In this document: positions 1 to 7,866 of the stretch, piece by piece
Position numbering within the stretch: the stretch's first letter is position 1
How the letters are laid out: every line of letters begins with the position of its first letter
IMG/VR virus record: IMGVR_UViG_3300021963_000089
Source: an uncultured virus (IMG/VR IMGVR_UViG_3300021963_000089)
Taxonomy: Duplodnaviria > Heunggongvirae > Uroviricota > Caudoviricetes
DNA: 64,000 nucleotides
Reading direction: 5' to 3' (one strand)
Made by a program: the position numbers and the translations under genes
Notes under the pieces: model-generated
What the model was told of the DNA's origin: nothing
Database searches by the model: none
What the model saw: the letters and a program-made list of their open reading frames with translations, nothing else

Positions 1-605
1 TAAGATTTAAGCCAAAGATACGGGTGTGAGACCGCAATCAAATGCTCGTATGTAGATTGATAGAAAGAGGACCAAAGGCCAACCAAGGGACTTGATCTTG
101 AAAATCGGTGAAGTATCCGCAAGAGAAACACAAATGGCGTGTCGCATATTGTATCCCAAAAGGATATGAAACGACAAACAACGCACGTCATTGTTAGGTG
201 CATGATAACTCAATGGTAGAGTAATAGCTATGTAAAGCTATGTGTTGCTGGTTCAAATCCAGTTCATATATACAAAAACGCAAAGTCGTTGTTTGTCTAG
301 GATGAAAGTGACTTAACTCTGTGATCGAAAGATAACACAGACAACGAAATGTCCGCAAGACACTAGTTGTTAATCGGAGTCTGAACGGTGTCCGCAAGAC
401 TTAACTGCTGTCGAAGGCAGACGGATGGATGAAGGTTGAATAGTTCTAGGTTAAGGTTGATAAGCCACAACCCTAAAAAGGCAGTCATGTTGGATACGAT
501 TATAGGCGCAAGTCGTAATCGTGGATAAGTTAGGAAGCCTGTCCGCAAGATGGGTATAATCTAACCGAAGGTCAACAGTGAAGGCGGTAATCTCACGCCA
601 AACAC
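1..605 (+). ncRNA. Large structured non-coding RNA, 3' portion (GOLLD-like candidate; 5' end outside window)
   Basis: No credible ORF. Dense hairpins with GCAA/GAAA-type loops: tgtccgcaaga at 350, 389 and 540; ctgtgatcgaaagataacacag at 319-340; acgattat...gtaatcgt at 496-522. Embedded tRNA-like module at 199-271. The family name is inference. Confidence 0.6.
199..271 (+). tRNA. Degenerate tRNA-like module embedded in the large RNA (8-nt anticodon loop TATGTAAA, no CCA)
   Basis: D arm actc-aatggta-gagt; anticodon stem atagc/gctat; T arm gctgg-ttcaaat-ccagt; imperfect acceptor tgcatga/tcatata. Confidence 0.6.
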
Positions 606-719
606 TTAATAAGATATTTGTTGATAGACTTTATACGGAACATTAATGTGAAATCCAACAATACTCTTATAAAAAATTGATTGATATAATCACAATCTCA
701 TTTATATTTATATGAGATT

Positions 720-3700
720 ATGGCCAAATTCAAAAACATTGCACGAGAACAATTTTATCATAAACTCATCACCGAGTTTGTAAATTCCCACCACAAATCA
801 CAATTTACCGTCTTGAATGAAGGATTGGATACAAAGTCCAATCTTTATTATGCAATTCAATTGGGTGAACAAACTGCTAAACAGATTGAAGCAGACATTT
901 TGAGTGAATATCTCAATGAACACCCAGTTCTAAAGGAAGATATTTTTCAACGTGGTTTGGCCAAGACAAAAGCATGGTTGACTACACCACTTGGTAAAGG
1001 ATTTACACAAGGTAAAGACACACAAGTAATTCAGAACTTGTTTGCAGCTCTCAAGAAGAACACAGACAAAATCATCAATGCGGGGCCAAGTCCATTTGCT
1101 CCATCCGCTGAAGATGTCAAAAACAGTCCTACACAGATTGGCCAAATCGGTGCATTGATTGGTAAAAGATTTGCTGCTCTTCAAAACAATCCAAAGTTAA
1201 ATGTTCCAGCTACACCAGCAGAACAACAAGCTGGTATGGGTCGTATTCAACAATTGATTGATAAATTGCGTTCGACTGGTTTGGTCAAGGGTGCAGATAA
1301 TGTATTGGATGAAATTGGTATTTTTGCTCGTCAACATCCTACATTGACCAACATGATTGTCGGAGGTTTGGTCGCCGTATTGACACTTTCTACAGGCGGA
1401 GGTTTGTTTGGTATTCCACTTCTAGGTAAGTTTTTGGTCGGCACAGCATTAAGAACTTTGCTTGGTATGTTGAAGGGTGAAAAAGCAACCCAAGCAGCAA
1501 CAAAAGCAGCCGCAGTATCTGGTGCTGGTATCGCAATTGGTAAGTTGTTGGGATTGTTTTATGATAAGTTGGCAGGTTGGTTGAGTGGTCCAGACGATGG
1601 ATCTGCTCTTCCAGTTCCAACAAAACCGGTTCCTACTCCTCAAGCAATGGATGTTGATACTAGCGCATTGGGTAAAGAAGAATATCTATCTAGTTACAGA
1701 GGAATGCTGTTTAATAAGGCTGAGAATGCAGCTAGTGCTGAAGAGTTTCAAACATATCTTCAACAAATTCAAAACAGCGATGCTCAATATGGGTTTAATG
1801 GAGAACTTCCTCAATGGAATCCAGCAAATGCGAGTGGCCAGTTACCTATTGGAACTCCAAACGTAACTCCTCCACCAGTTCCAACACCAACCACAGTTCC
1901 GCCTGGAATACCACAACCAGGCTTTGATCAACAACCTCCTGTAACTGGTGTTGATATTCAACCAACACTTACTACTCTACGTCCTAAGTTGGATGCATTG
2001 GCTAGATTGGCAAGCACAACGGATGTGAGAGGTGCTACTGCTCCAGCTGCAAGACAAGCACTTCAAAACTGGGTAGCTGGTATTAGTCAACCAGAAGCTC
2101 AAACAATGTTGGCAGATCCTAATGTGACCAATCAACTGATGCGTAAGGGTGCTTTGGGATTATTGAAGAAGAAATTTGGTCTACAAGAAAGTGAAATTGA
2201 TTTGTTGAAAGCTGAGTTATTGGGAAGTGCAATTGCATTGACCGAAGCAAATCCACTTACAGCTGCTAAGAACTTTATGTTTGGTGGTCCAGAAGTCGGT
2301 GGTAAAAATTCTCGTTTGGATTACAAACAAGTCGAAAGCGACTATTTGAAGTTCTTGAATAACATGGAAAGTTCTTTGGGTCTCAAGAGTGAAAAAGATA
2401 TTCTTGATACATTGAAGAAGTATGATAAGACATTCCCAGGCGTTTATGATTATGTGAAGAAAGTCCGTGATTGGTTGTATGGTGCTACACCAGAGTCTAA
2501 TGCTGCAACTCCTGATCCAGTAGTTGTTCCACCAGGCGAAGTTCCAACACCAACAAATCCAAATCCCGGCCCAGCAAATCCTACTGATCCTAAAACTATT
2601 CCAAAAGATCCACCAAAACAAGGTGATACTCCAACCCCAACTGTTGGTGGAGTATATTCAAATAAAAACTTGTCAAAGTATTTGGCTGCTTTGAAAGCAA
2701 GTCCGTTGTTTACTGGAAATCTACAACAACGTGTGGTCAATATGTTGAAGGCTACTGACAATCCAAATAGTCCAGAAGCAAAAGCAGCCATGGCTACACT
2801 CAAGACATTCTTGATCAATTTCAGCAAAGCAATTAGTGATGCTTCTGCTCAATATCGCCAAAAGGTTGGAGATCCAAACGCAGTTCGTGCTGAAATAACA
2901 AAAGATCCTCAATTTACATCATTGGCTGAAGCAGCTGCTGATCTATTGGCACGAAACAAAGATAGACAAACATTTTTGGGTGAGTTCAATGCTTCTATAC
3001 CAAACTTGGTTGGAGCTGCTTTTGAACTTCGTCAAGCATTTAATAGAAAGAACCCAAACAATGTATACGGTATGCAAAGAGCAGCTGCCGGTGCAGTTCC
3101 TCCAGTAATTGGATCTACAGTATCAGAAGATTTGGAAACCCGTGGTAAGGCTGTTGTTCCAAACTCTAGTGCTACCGGTAACTTGACTGGACCAGACATT
3201 GCAAATGCTAGAGCAATGTTTGCTAAGTTGATTGACTTGGGACCAATTCTTCAAAGAATTAACCCAGACAGTCTTGATAAGGCATCTTTGAAACAATTGA
3301 TTATCTCGTTCTTGGATATTGGCGATGTGTTAGTATACAAGAAGGGTAGTAAGAAGACCAATAAAGCTGTTGATGCAGCACTTCAAGGTTTGGATCTTCT
3401 TGGACCAGGTGGTGCAGCTGTTCCACAACCACAACAAGGTGGATTCAAACCTAAAGAAAAGACTTTGGTTATAGCTGGACCAGAAGAAAAACCATTGACA
3501 CCAAAAGCTGTTTATCAATATTTTGGTGATAAATGGAATCTTGTGACAAAGAGTGGATTACAACCACTTGATGTTAAAGGTGCGGCTAATAAGATTGCTA
3601 AGTTGAATGCAATTGCTAAGGATGGTAGAAATGACTATGATAAAGCAATTCAATTGATCAAGACTAACAAAAATGATAAGAGCAAAGGTATTAGTTATGA

Positions 3701-3764
3701 TCTAGGTAATCAAATTAAGGAAGGACTATATGATCTAAACGATTATAGGAAGTTCTTTATCTAA
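720..3764 (+). CDS. Large hypothetical protein, probable protease-processed internal head/ejection protein
   Basis: 1014-aa ORF with TATTTATA motif upstream. Repeated (L/I/V)-x-E sites (LNEG, LQES, LTEA, LAEA, VSED, IKEG), Gly/Ala-rich hydrophobic segments near aa 213-285, and Pro-rich linkers. Confidence 0.55.
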   Translation: MAKFKNIAREQFYHKLITEFVNSHHKSQFTVLNEGLDTKSNLYYAIQLGEQTAKQIEADILSEYLNEHPVLKEDIFQRGLAKTKAWLTTPLGKGFTQGKDTQVIQNLFAALKKNTDKIINAGPSPFAPSAEDVKNSPTQIGQIGALIGKRFAALQNNPKLNVPATPAEQQAGMGRIQQLIDKLRSTGLVKGADNVLDEIGIFARQHPTLTNMIVGGLVAVLTLSTGGGLFGIPLLGKFLVGTALRTLLGMLKGEKATQAATKAAAVSGAGIAIGKLLGLFYDKLAGWLSGPDDGSALPVPTKPVPTPQAMDVDTSALGKEEYLSSYRGMLFNKAENAASAEEFQTYLQQIQNSDAQYGFNGELPQWNPANASGQLPIGTPNVTPPPVPTPTTVPPGIPQPGFDQQPPVTGVDIQPTLTTLRPKLDALARLASTTDVRGATAPAARQALQNWVAGISQPEAQTMLADPNVTNQLMRKGALGLLKKKFGLQESEIDLLKAELLGSAIALTEANPLTAAKNFMFGGPEVGGKNSRLDYKQVESDYLKFLNNMESSLGLKSEKDILDTLKKYDKTFPGVYDYVKKVRDWLYGATPESNAATPDPVVVPPGEVPTPTNPNPGPANPTDPKTIPKDPPKQGDTPTPTVGGVYSNKNLSKYLAALKASPLFTGNLQQRVVNMLKATDNPNSPEAKAAMATLKTFLINFSKAISDASAQYRQKVGDPNAVRAEITKDPQFTSLAEAAADLLARNKDRQTFLGEFNASIPNLVGAAFELRQAFNRKNPNNVYGMQRAAAGAVPPVIGSTVSEDLETRGKAVVPNSSATGNLTGPDIANARAMFAKLIDLGPILQRINPDSLDKASLKQLIISFLDIGDVLVYKKGSKKTNKAVDAALQGLDLLGPGGAAVPQPQQGGFKPKEKTLVIAGPEEKPLTPKAVYQYFGDKWNLVTKSGLQPLDVKGAANKIAKLNAIAKDGRNDYDKAIQLIKTNKNDKSKGISYDLGNQIKEGLYDLNDYRKFFI

Positions 3765-3787
3765 CAAATTAACAATATAATTAACGA

Positions 3788-3822
3788 AAATACATCTGCT
3801 TTCGGGCGGATGTATTTTTTGT
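3788..3822 (+). terminator. Rho-independent terminator
   Basis: aaatacatctgc-tttcgg-gcggatgtattt followed by a T run. Confidence 0.8.
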
Positions 3823-3826
3823 TTCT

Positions 3827-3853
3827 TGACATTGTTAGCAAAAGTGGTAAACT
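3827..3853 (+). promoter_or_regulatory. Sigma70-type promoter
   Basis: TTGACA ... TGGTAAACT upstream of an AGGAG RBS and ORF 3865. Confidence 0.55.
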
Positions 3854-3864
3854 AAAGGAGTATT

Positions 3865-4188
3865 ATGAATAACAGTAATATAAATAAACAAGAATTAGCA
3901 ACGTTGGTCTTTAACGAGGAGTTGAAGTCTAATGTTGAAAATACATTGAAGAACCATTATGGAGTCAAAACGGTAAACTATCGTTTGATGACCTATGGTA
4001 TGGGAATCGAAATATCTGGAAGTGATAGTTTTGATTTCATCCGTGGCGCAATGGTCAAGGTCAGTGGATTGCCAACCGAAACTTTTAGTATAATTTCAGA
4101 AGACAAAAAGTCACAGTCTGCATTTTATGTGTATATGCCTGAAAAAGATAAGGCACTAAACCGTAGAATTCGTAGAGACAAAAATTAA
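3865..4188 (+). CDS. Hypothetical protein
   Basis: 107-aa ORF with AAGGAG RBS. Confidence 0.7.
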   Translation: MNNSNINKQELATLVFNEELKSNVENTLKNHYGVKTVNYRLMTYGMGIEISGSDSFDFIRGAMVKVSGLPTETFSIISEDKKSQSAFYVYMPEKDKALNRRIRRDKN

Positions 4189-4249
4189 TCGGTTTTTAGA
4201 CATATTCTAAGATATTTATTGTAACCAAGATAATGTGAAAGGATTTTAT

Positions 4250-4393
4250 ATGATCGGAATTATTCGTAGAATTTTTAGTAAAATTTTTGGAACAAACAGT
4301 GGGTGCTGTAAGCTTCCAAATAAAGGCGAACTGACTAATGAGTTACAAAAGTCATATGTTACTTCTCAGAAGTCATATGCCAGTTCGAAGTAA
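4250..4393 (+). CDS. Small hypothetical protein (47 aa, amphipathic N-terminus MIGIIRRIFSKIFG)
   Basis: Read by hand. AAAGGA RBS and TATTTATT motif upstream; below the ORF-track cutoff. Confidence 0.5.
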   Translation: MIGIIRRIFSKIFGTNSGCCKLPNKGELTNELQKSYVTSQKSYASSK

Positions 4394-4425
4394 ACAAAAC
4401 ACAAATAAAAGGAAAATAGATAAAT

Positions 4426-5130
4426 ATGAAGAAACTAGTATTGATGGTATTGTCAGTGTTTGCTGCTTTGTCAGTCGCTCGTGCCGCTGATATCGCAAAC
4501 TTTAATGTTGACGCTGGTTACAACAACTATTATGTTGTTAACGGCGTTGCTTACGCAAAGGACACTCCATACGCAGGTATTGGTGCTGTTAAGTCCCTCA
4601 AGTATGCTGATGTATACGCTGGCGGTCTTTTCACTGCTGATAGTAACAATGAGCAGTCTCACTGGTTTGTTGGTGCAGGTAAGAGCTTGAGTCTTAATAA
4701 GGATTTTGCTCTCCGTTTGGACGGCACTGCACTTCGTCACCAAACTTCAACTGTTGGAATTGACAATTCTACGGAACTTGGAGCCAAGCTCGCTCTACAA
4801 AATCCATGGGTGACTCCATATGTTCGTGGTTCATTCAACTTTGAGTTGCATCAGAATGCATACTTTGTTGGTGCTGAACGTGCTCAGAAGCTCCCTCTTG
4901 GTTTCGTCTTGACTCCATCCGTTGAGTGGGGTAAGTCAACCTCTTATGAGGCAGTTAATGCCAAGGCTTCGTTGACTCGTCCAGTCACTTTTGCTTGGGG
5001 AACTGTTTCTCCTTATGCTGAAGTTGGTTGGTATCACAACAATGTTTTTGACACTACTGCTAGGGCATTTGCTTTGGGACGTTTTGACAACGACGTTGTT
5101 TATACTGCTGGTGTCAAGTTGAGCTTCTAA
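4426..5130 (+). CDS. Outer-membrane beta-barrel protein (porin-like)
   Basis: Sec signal peptide ending ARA-A, alternating amphipathic beta strands rich in aromatic residues, C-terminal beta-signal YTAGVKLSF, AAGGA RBS. Confidence 0.8.
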   Translation: MKKLVLMVLSVFAALSVARAADIANFNVDAGYNNYYVVNGVAYAKDTPYAGIGAVKSLKYADVYAGGLFTADSNNEQSHWFVGAGKSLSLNKDFALRLDGTALRHQTSTVGIDNSTELGAKLALQNPWVTPYVRGSFNFELHQNAYFVGAERAQKLPLGFVLTPSVEWGKSTSYEAVNAKASLTRPVTFAWGTVSPYAEVGWYHNNVFDTTARAFALGRFDNDVVYTAGVKLSF

Positions 5131-5157
5131 TCCAAATAAGCCAAACTAATAAATCAA

Positions 5158-5187
5158 AAGCCAATGGCAACCCCATTGGTTTTTTTA
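5158..5187 (+). terminator. Rho-independent terminator
   Basis: gccaatgg-caacc-ccattggt followed by a T run. Confidence 0.75.
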
Positions 5188-5377
5188 TGCGTTGATATGC
5201 AATTTCACTTTAATTGAAAAAAAATTAAATTTTCACTTTTTCTGAAAATGTGATCACTTTTTCAAATTTCGATGATATATATTGTTGTATGCGTAACAGT
5301 CTACAACCATCATTGTCCGTAGCGGGTCAACCTAGTTTGACCTGAGACCGATGGTTGCTATTTGCGAAAACTCAAGT

Positions 5378-5415
5378 AACCGTTGGTCTGAAAAGATCAA
5401 CGGTTTTTTGTTTTA
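5378..5415 (+). terminator. Rho-independent terminator
   Basis: aaccgttggtct-gaaa-agatcaacggtt followed by a T run. Confidence 0.7.
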
Positions 5416-5436
5416 AAAGATTTCGCAAAAAGCCCA

Positions 5437-5464
5437 TTGACAATTTCAAGGATGGTGGTAAAGT
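5437..5464 (+). promoter_or_regulatory. Sigma70-type promoter for the tRNA array
   Basis: TTGACA ... TGGTAAAGT. Confidence 0.55.
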
Positions 5465-5593
5465 AGTTACATGTTCGGGGTTGAAACTCTATCTGGTGTC
5501 CCCAACGAAAGTTAAAACACTTGATCGGTCTGAGGGTGATATGCTTAGTGCAGAACCTGACTGGCGATAATTGGATAAAAGAAAACAATTTAT

Positions 5594-5668
5594 GGACGAT
5601 TAGCTCAGTGGAAGAGCACCTCCTTTACACGGAGAATGTCGGGGGTTCAAATCCCTCATCGTCCACCA
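5594..5668 (+). tRNA. tRNA-Val(TAC)
   Basis: Cloverleaf; loop tttacac; TTCAAAT T loop; encoded CCA. Confidence 0.9.
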
Positions 5669-5675
5669 CTTTTAT

Positions 5676-5753
5676 CGGAATGTAGCTCAACTTGGCTAGA
5701 GCGCTTGCTTTGGGAGCAAGAAGTTGCAGGTTCAAATCCTGTCATTCCGACCA
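5676..5753 (+). tRNA. tRNA-Pro(TGG)
   Basis: Cloverleaf; cttgc-tttggga-gcaag; C1:G72, A73; CCA. Confidence 0.93.
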
Positions 5754-5759
5754 TTTTAC

Positions 5760-5837
5760 GGTGATATAGACCAACTGGAAGGAGTCGTTACTTTGAGATA
5801 GTAAATAGTGCAGGTTCGAATCCTGTTATCACCACCA
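5760..5837 (+). tRNA. tRNA with Leu anticodon GAG and short variable loop
   Basis: ttact-ttgagat-agtaa; 5-nt variable loop atagt; CCA. Confidence 0.8.
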
Positions 5838-5840
5838 ATT

Positions 5841-5924
5841 CGGCATGTGATGTAACAGAAGCCATGCGAGTCTTAGAAGCTCGTCCCGAAAGGGGTGTAG
5901 GTGCAAGTCCTATCATGCCGACCA
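5841..5924 (+). tRNA. tRNA-Leu(TAG)
   Basis: cgagt-cttagaa-gctcg; variable arm ccc-gaaa-ggg; CCA. Confidence 0.85.
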
Positions 5925-5934
5925 AATTTATAAT

Positions 5935-6012
5935 GGCTACGTAGACCAACTGGAAGGAGTCGTCTATCTCAAAAATAGAATAGTGCTGGTTCGAATCCAG
6001 TCGTAGCTACCA
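5935..6012 (+). tRNA. tRNA with Leu anticodon CAA and short variable loop
   Basis: tctat-ctcaaaa-ataga; 5-nt variable loop atagt; CCA. Confidence 0.8.
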
Positions 6013-6021
6013 ATCTAAAAC

Positions 6022-6107
6022 GGGTGTGTGGACTAAAGCGAAATTGGAAGAAGCGCCTTGTTTAAAGCGAGGAGTCCTTGGGGGTTCGAATCCCTTCACA
6101 CCTACCA
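6022..6107 (+). tRNA. tRNA-Leu(TAA), atypical (extra bases before the D arm, 7-nt variable region)
   Basis: ccttg-tttaaag-cgagg; T arm ggggg-ttcgaat-ccctt; CCA. Confidence 0.7.
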
Positions 6108-6114
6108 ATTTTAT

Positions 6115-6192
6115 GGGCTGGCATGTTCTAAGGCTAAGCGAGACTGCTTTGCAAGCAATCTGATGTGAGTTCGATTCTCACCTGGTCCACCA
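6115..6192 (+). tRNA. tRNA-Ala(TGC), atypical D arm
   Basis: Loop tttgcaa; G3:U70 in acceptor gggctgg/ctggtcc; CCA. Confidence 0.7.
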
Positions 6193-6291
6193 ATTTCAAA
6201 AGTGACTTTAAAATCATATTTGGTCGTATGATCTATGAGTGTAATTGACCTTTCGGGTGCAGTCACACATACCCAGTTTTTTAATTTATAC

Positions 6292-6379
6292 GGAAGTAGT
6301 CCGGCAGGTCGAGGAAAGCGTCTTGAAAACGCCTGGGGCCTAAAAACCCTCGTAGGTTCGATTCCTACTGCTTCCGCCA
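6292..6379 (+). tRNA. tRNA-Ser(TGA)
   Basis: Loop cttgaaa; long variable arm; G73; CCA. Confidence 0.85.
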
Positions 6380-6386
6380 TTTTTAT

Positions 6387-6480
6387 GGAAGGTAGACGAA
6401 TAGTTAGTTAGTCGTAGCAGTTTGCTAAACTGCCGTGGCCTAAAAAACCACTGAGGGGGCAGCACCCTCACCTTCCGCCA
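6387..6480 (+). tRNA. tRNA-Ser(GCT), non-canonical T loop GGCAGCA
   Basis: gcagt-ttgctaa-actgc; long variable arm; G73; CCA. Confidence 0.8.
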
Positions 6481-6486
6481 CTTTAC

Positions 6487-6562
<76 letters not shown>

Positions 6563-6571
6563 ATTTATAAC

Positions 6572-6645
6572 GCGGGTGTGATGTAACGGTAGCCTACATC
6601 CTTGCCAAGGACGATGAGAGGGTTCGATTCCCTCCACCCGCTCCA
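6572..6645 (+). tRNA. tRNA-Gly(GCC)
   Basis: GCGGGTG acceptor; loop ttgccaa; U73; CCA. Confidence 0.88.
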
Positions 6646-6655
6646 ATTTCAGAAC

Positions 6656-6729
6656 TGGGGATTTGCATAATGGTAGTGCGGAAGACTTTGAATCTTCTTG
6701 TAGGGGTTCGATTCCCTTATCCCCTGCCA
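6656..6729 (+). tRNA. tRNA-Gln(TTG)
   Basis: gaaga-ctttgaa-tcttc; G73; CCA. Confidence 0.88.
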
Positions 6730-6848
6730 TTTTATATATATCGGTTAAGGGTGTAATTTTAGAGAAATTGTAATAAGTGATCATCAGTTACAAGAGTAAG
6801 AACTAGTGATCGAAAGATCCATTCATCAAACACCGACAACAATTTATT

Positions 6849-6925
6849 CGGGGTGTATTGTCAATTAGGAGACGGCCTGATCTGGAGTCAGGAAGCTGCA
6901 GGTGCAAGTCCTGTCACCCCGACCA
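6849..6925 (+). tRNA. tRNA-Pro(TGG)-like, atypical anticodon loop (C33, A37)
   Basis: cctga-tctggag-tcagg; C1:G72 and A73 Pro identity; CCA. Confidence 0.7.
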
Positions 6926-6932
6926 TTTTATA

Positions 6933-7018
6933 TGCTAGCTGCAATCTGGTGAGAACGTTGGCTTAGGATTGAACCTAAGTTATCAGCGGTGATGGGTTCG
7001 ATTCCCATAGTTTGCACC
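6933..7018 (+). ncRNA. tRNA-like element / pseudo-tRNA
   Basis: T arm atggg-ttcgatt-cccat; closing stem tgctagct/agtttgca; long central hairpin gcttagg-attgaa-cctaagt; no proper anticodon loop. Confidence 0.45.
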
Positions 7019-7141
7019 GTTTTTTAGATTTAACAATGTGCGTGTTGGGGATTGACTCCAACATCGTGAGGGACACGATACACCCCTGTATGTCTGACCC
7101 GGACGAATCCGGCCCGGATAGGGTAGGGTTGAATTTAAATT

Positions 7142-7294
7142 TGATCGTTAGTGTATAGAATTATAGCACGATACCTATTTGCTGGTAGAGGAGATGGAAG
7201 TTGATGGGATAGATTAGTGAACAGTGAACCGGTCCTGTTCAATACTAGGAACGATTCGTGAAATCCCCATACATTCGCAAGTCACGGTCATCCA
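7142..7294 (+). ncRNA. tRNA-like RNA with acceptor stem, D arm, CCA and large internal insertion
   Basis: tgatcgt/acggtca 7-bp stem followed by T-CCA; D-like arm gtgt...gcac; about 110 nt of non-tRNA interior. Confidence 0.4.
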
Positions 7295-7338
7295 ATTTTA
7301 ACAGTTGACACAACAACAATCTGTGGTAGACTTTAGAT

Positions 7339-7566
7339 ATGAAGAAACTATTGATATCGTTGATTTTGATTGGCAACATTTTGGTTGCAAGTGAAATTAT
7401 CAAGGAAGAAAAGATCTTGCCAATTACGGTATATGTTGTCCGTAATGGTGACAGTGAACGATCAATTCATAAGGTTTTTTTGACCGAGAAGTCAGCAAAA
7501 AAGTATTGTGATATGTTTAAGGAAAATCACAATTACGAATATGAAGTTCTTGTGTTGACCGAATAA
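7339..7566 (+). CDS. Small secreted or membrane-anchored protein inside the tRNA array
   Basis: 75 aa with N-terminal signal peptide; own TTGACA...TGGTAGACT promoter at about 7305-7332. Confidence 0.65.
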   Translation: MKKLLISLILIGNILVASEIIKEEKILPITVYVVRNGDSERSIHKVFLTEKSAKKYCDMFKENHNYEYEVLVLTE

Positions 7567-7579
7567 TATTTATTAGAAT

Positions 7580-7653
7580 GCGGGTATGATGTAATGGTAG
7601 CCTGAAGCTCTTCCAAAGCCTATGCGTGAGTTCGATTCTCACTACCCGCTCCA
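7580..7653 (+). tRNA. tRNA-Gly(TCC)
   Basis: GCGGGTA acceptor; loop cttccaa; U73; CCA. Confidence 0.88.
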
Positions 7654-7666
7654 CTTTTTAAATATT

Positions 7667-7765
7667 ATGGCAACTAAAGGCATGAGACGACAACACTTAC
7701 GTAAAACCAAGAAGGGTTACTGCAATGTTAAAAGTTGTAGTGTAAAAAAACGTAAGAAGAAGTAA
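7667..7765 (+). CDS. Very basic 32-aa peptide MATKGMRRQHLRKTKKGYCNVKSCSVKKRKKK
   Basis: Read by hand; fills the gap between two tRNAs. Confidence 0.45.
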   Translation: MATKGMRRQHLRKTKKGYCNVKSCSVKKRKKK

Positions 7766-7772
7766 TTTTAAC

Positions 7773-7844
7773 GGCTGGGGTTTCAGCAAACGACGAATCC
7801 TCATAAGGTTTGTTAAGTGGGGGCAGCACCCATACCAGCTACCA
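7773..7844 (+). tRNA. tRNA-like gene with CAT anticodon (Met/Ile2), minimal D arm, GGCAGCA T loop
   Basis: gaatc-ctcataa-ggttt; T arm gtggg-ggcagca-cccat; ACCA end. Confidence 0.6.
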
Positions 7845-7866
7845 TTTTTGTTCTTTAAAATTTAAT

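Noticed and set aside
1..605. Repeated gtccgcaaga as a CRISPR array
   Set aside because: The repeat is only about 11 nt, irregularly spaced, and no cas genes are present; hairpin loops explain it better.
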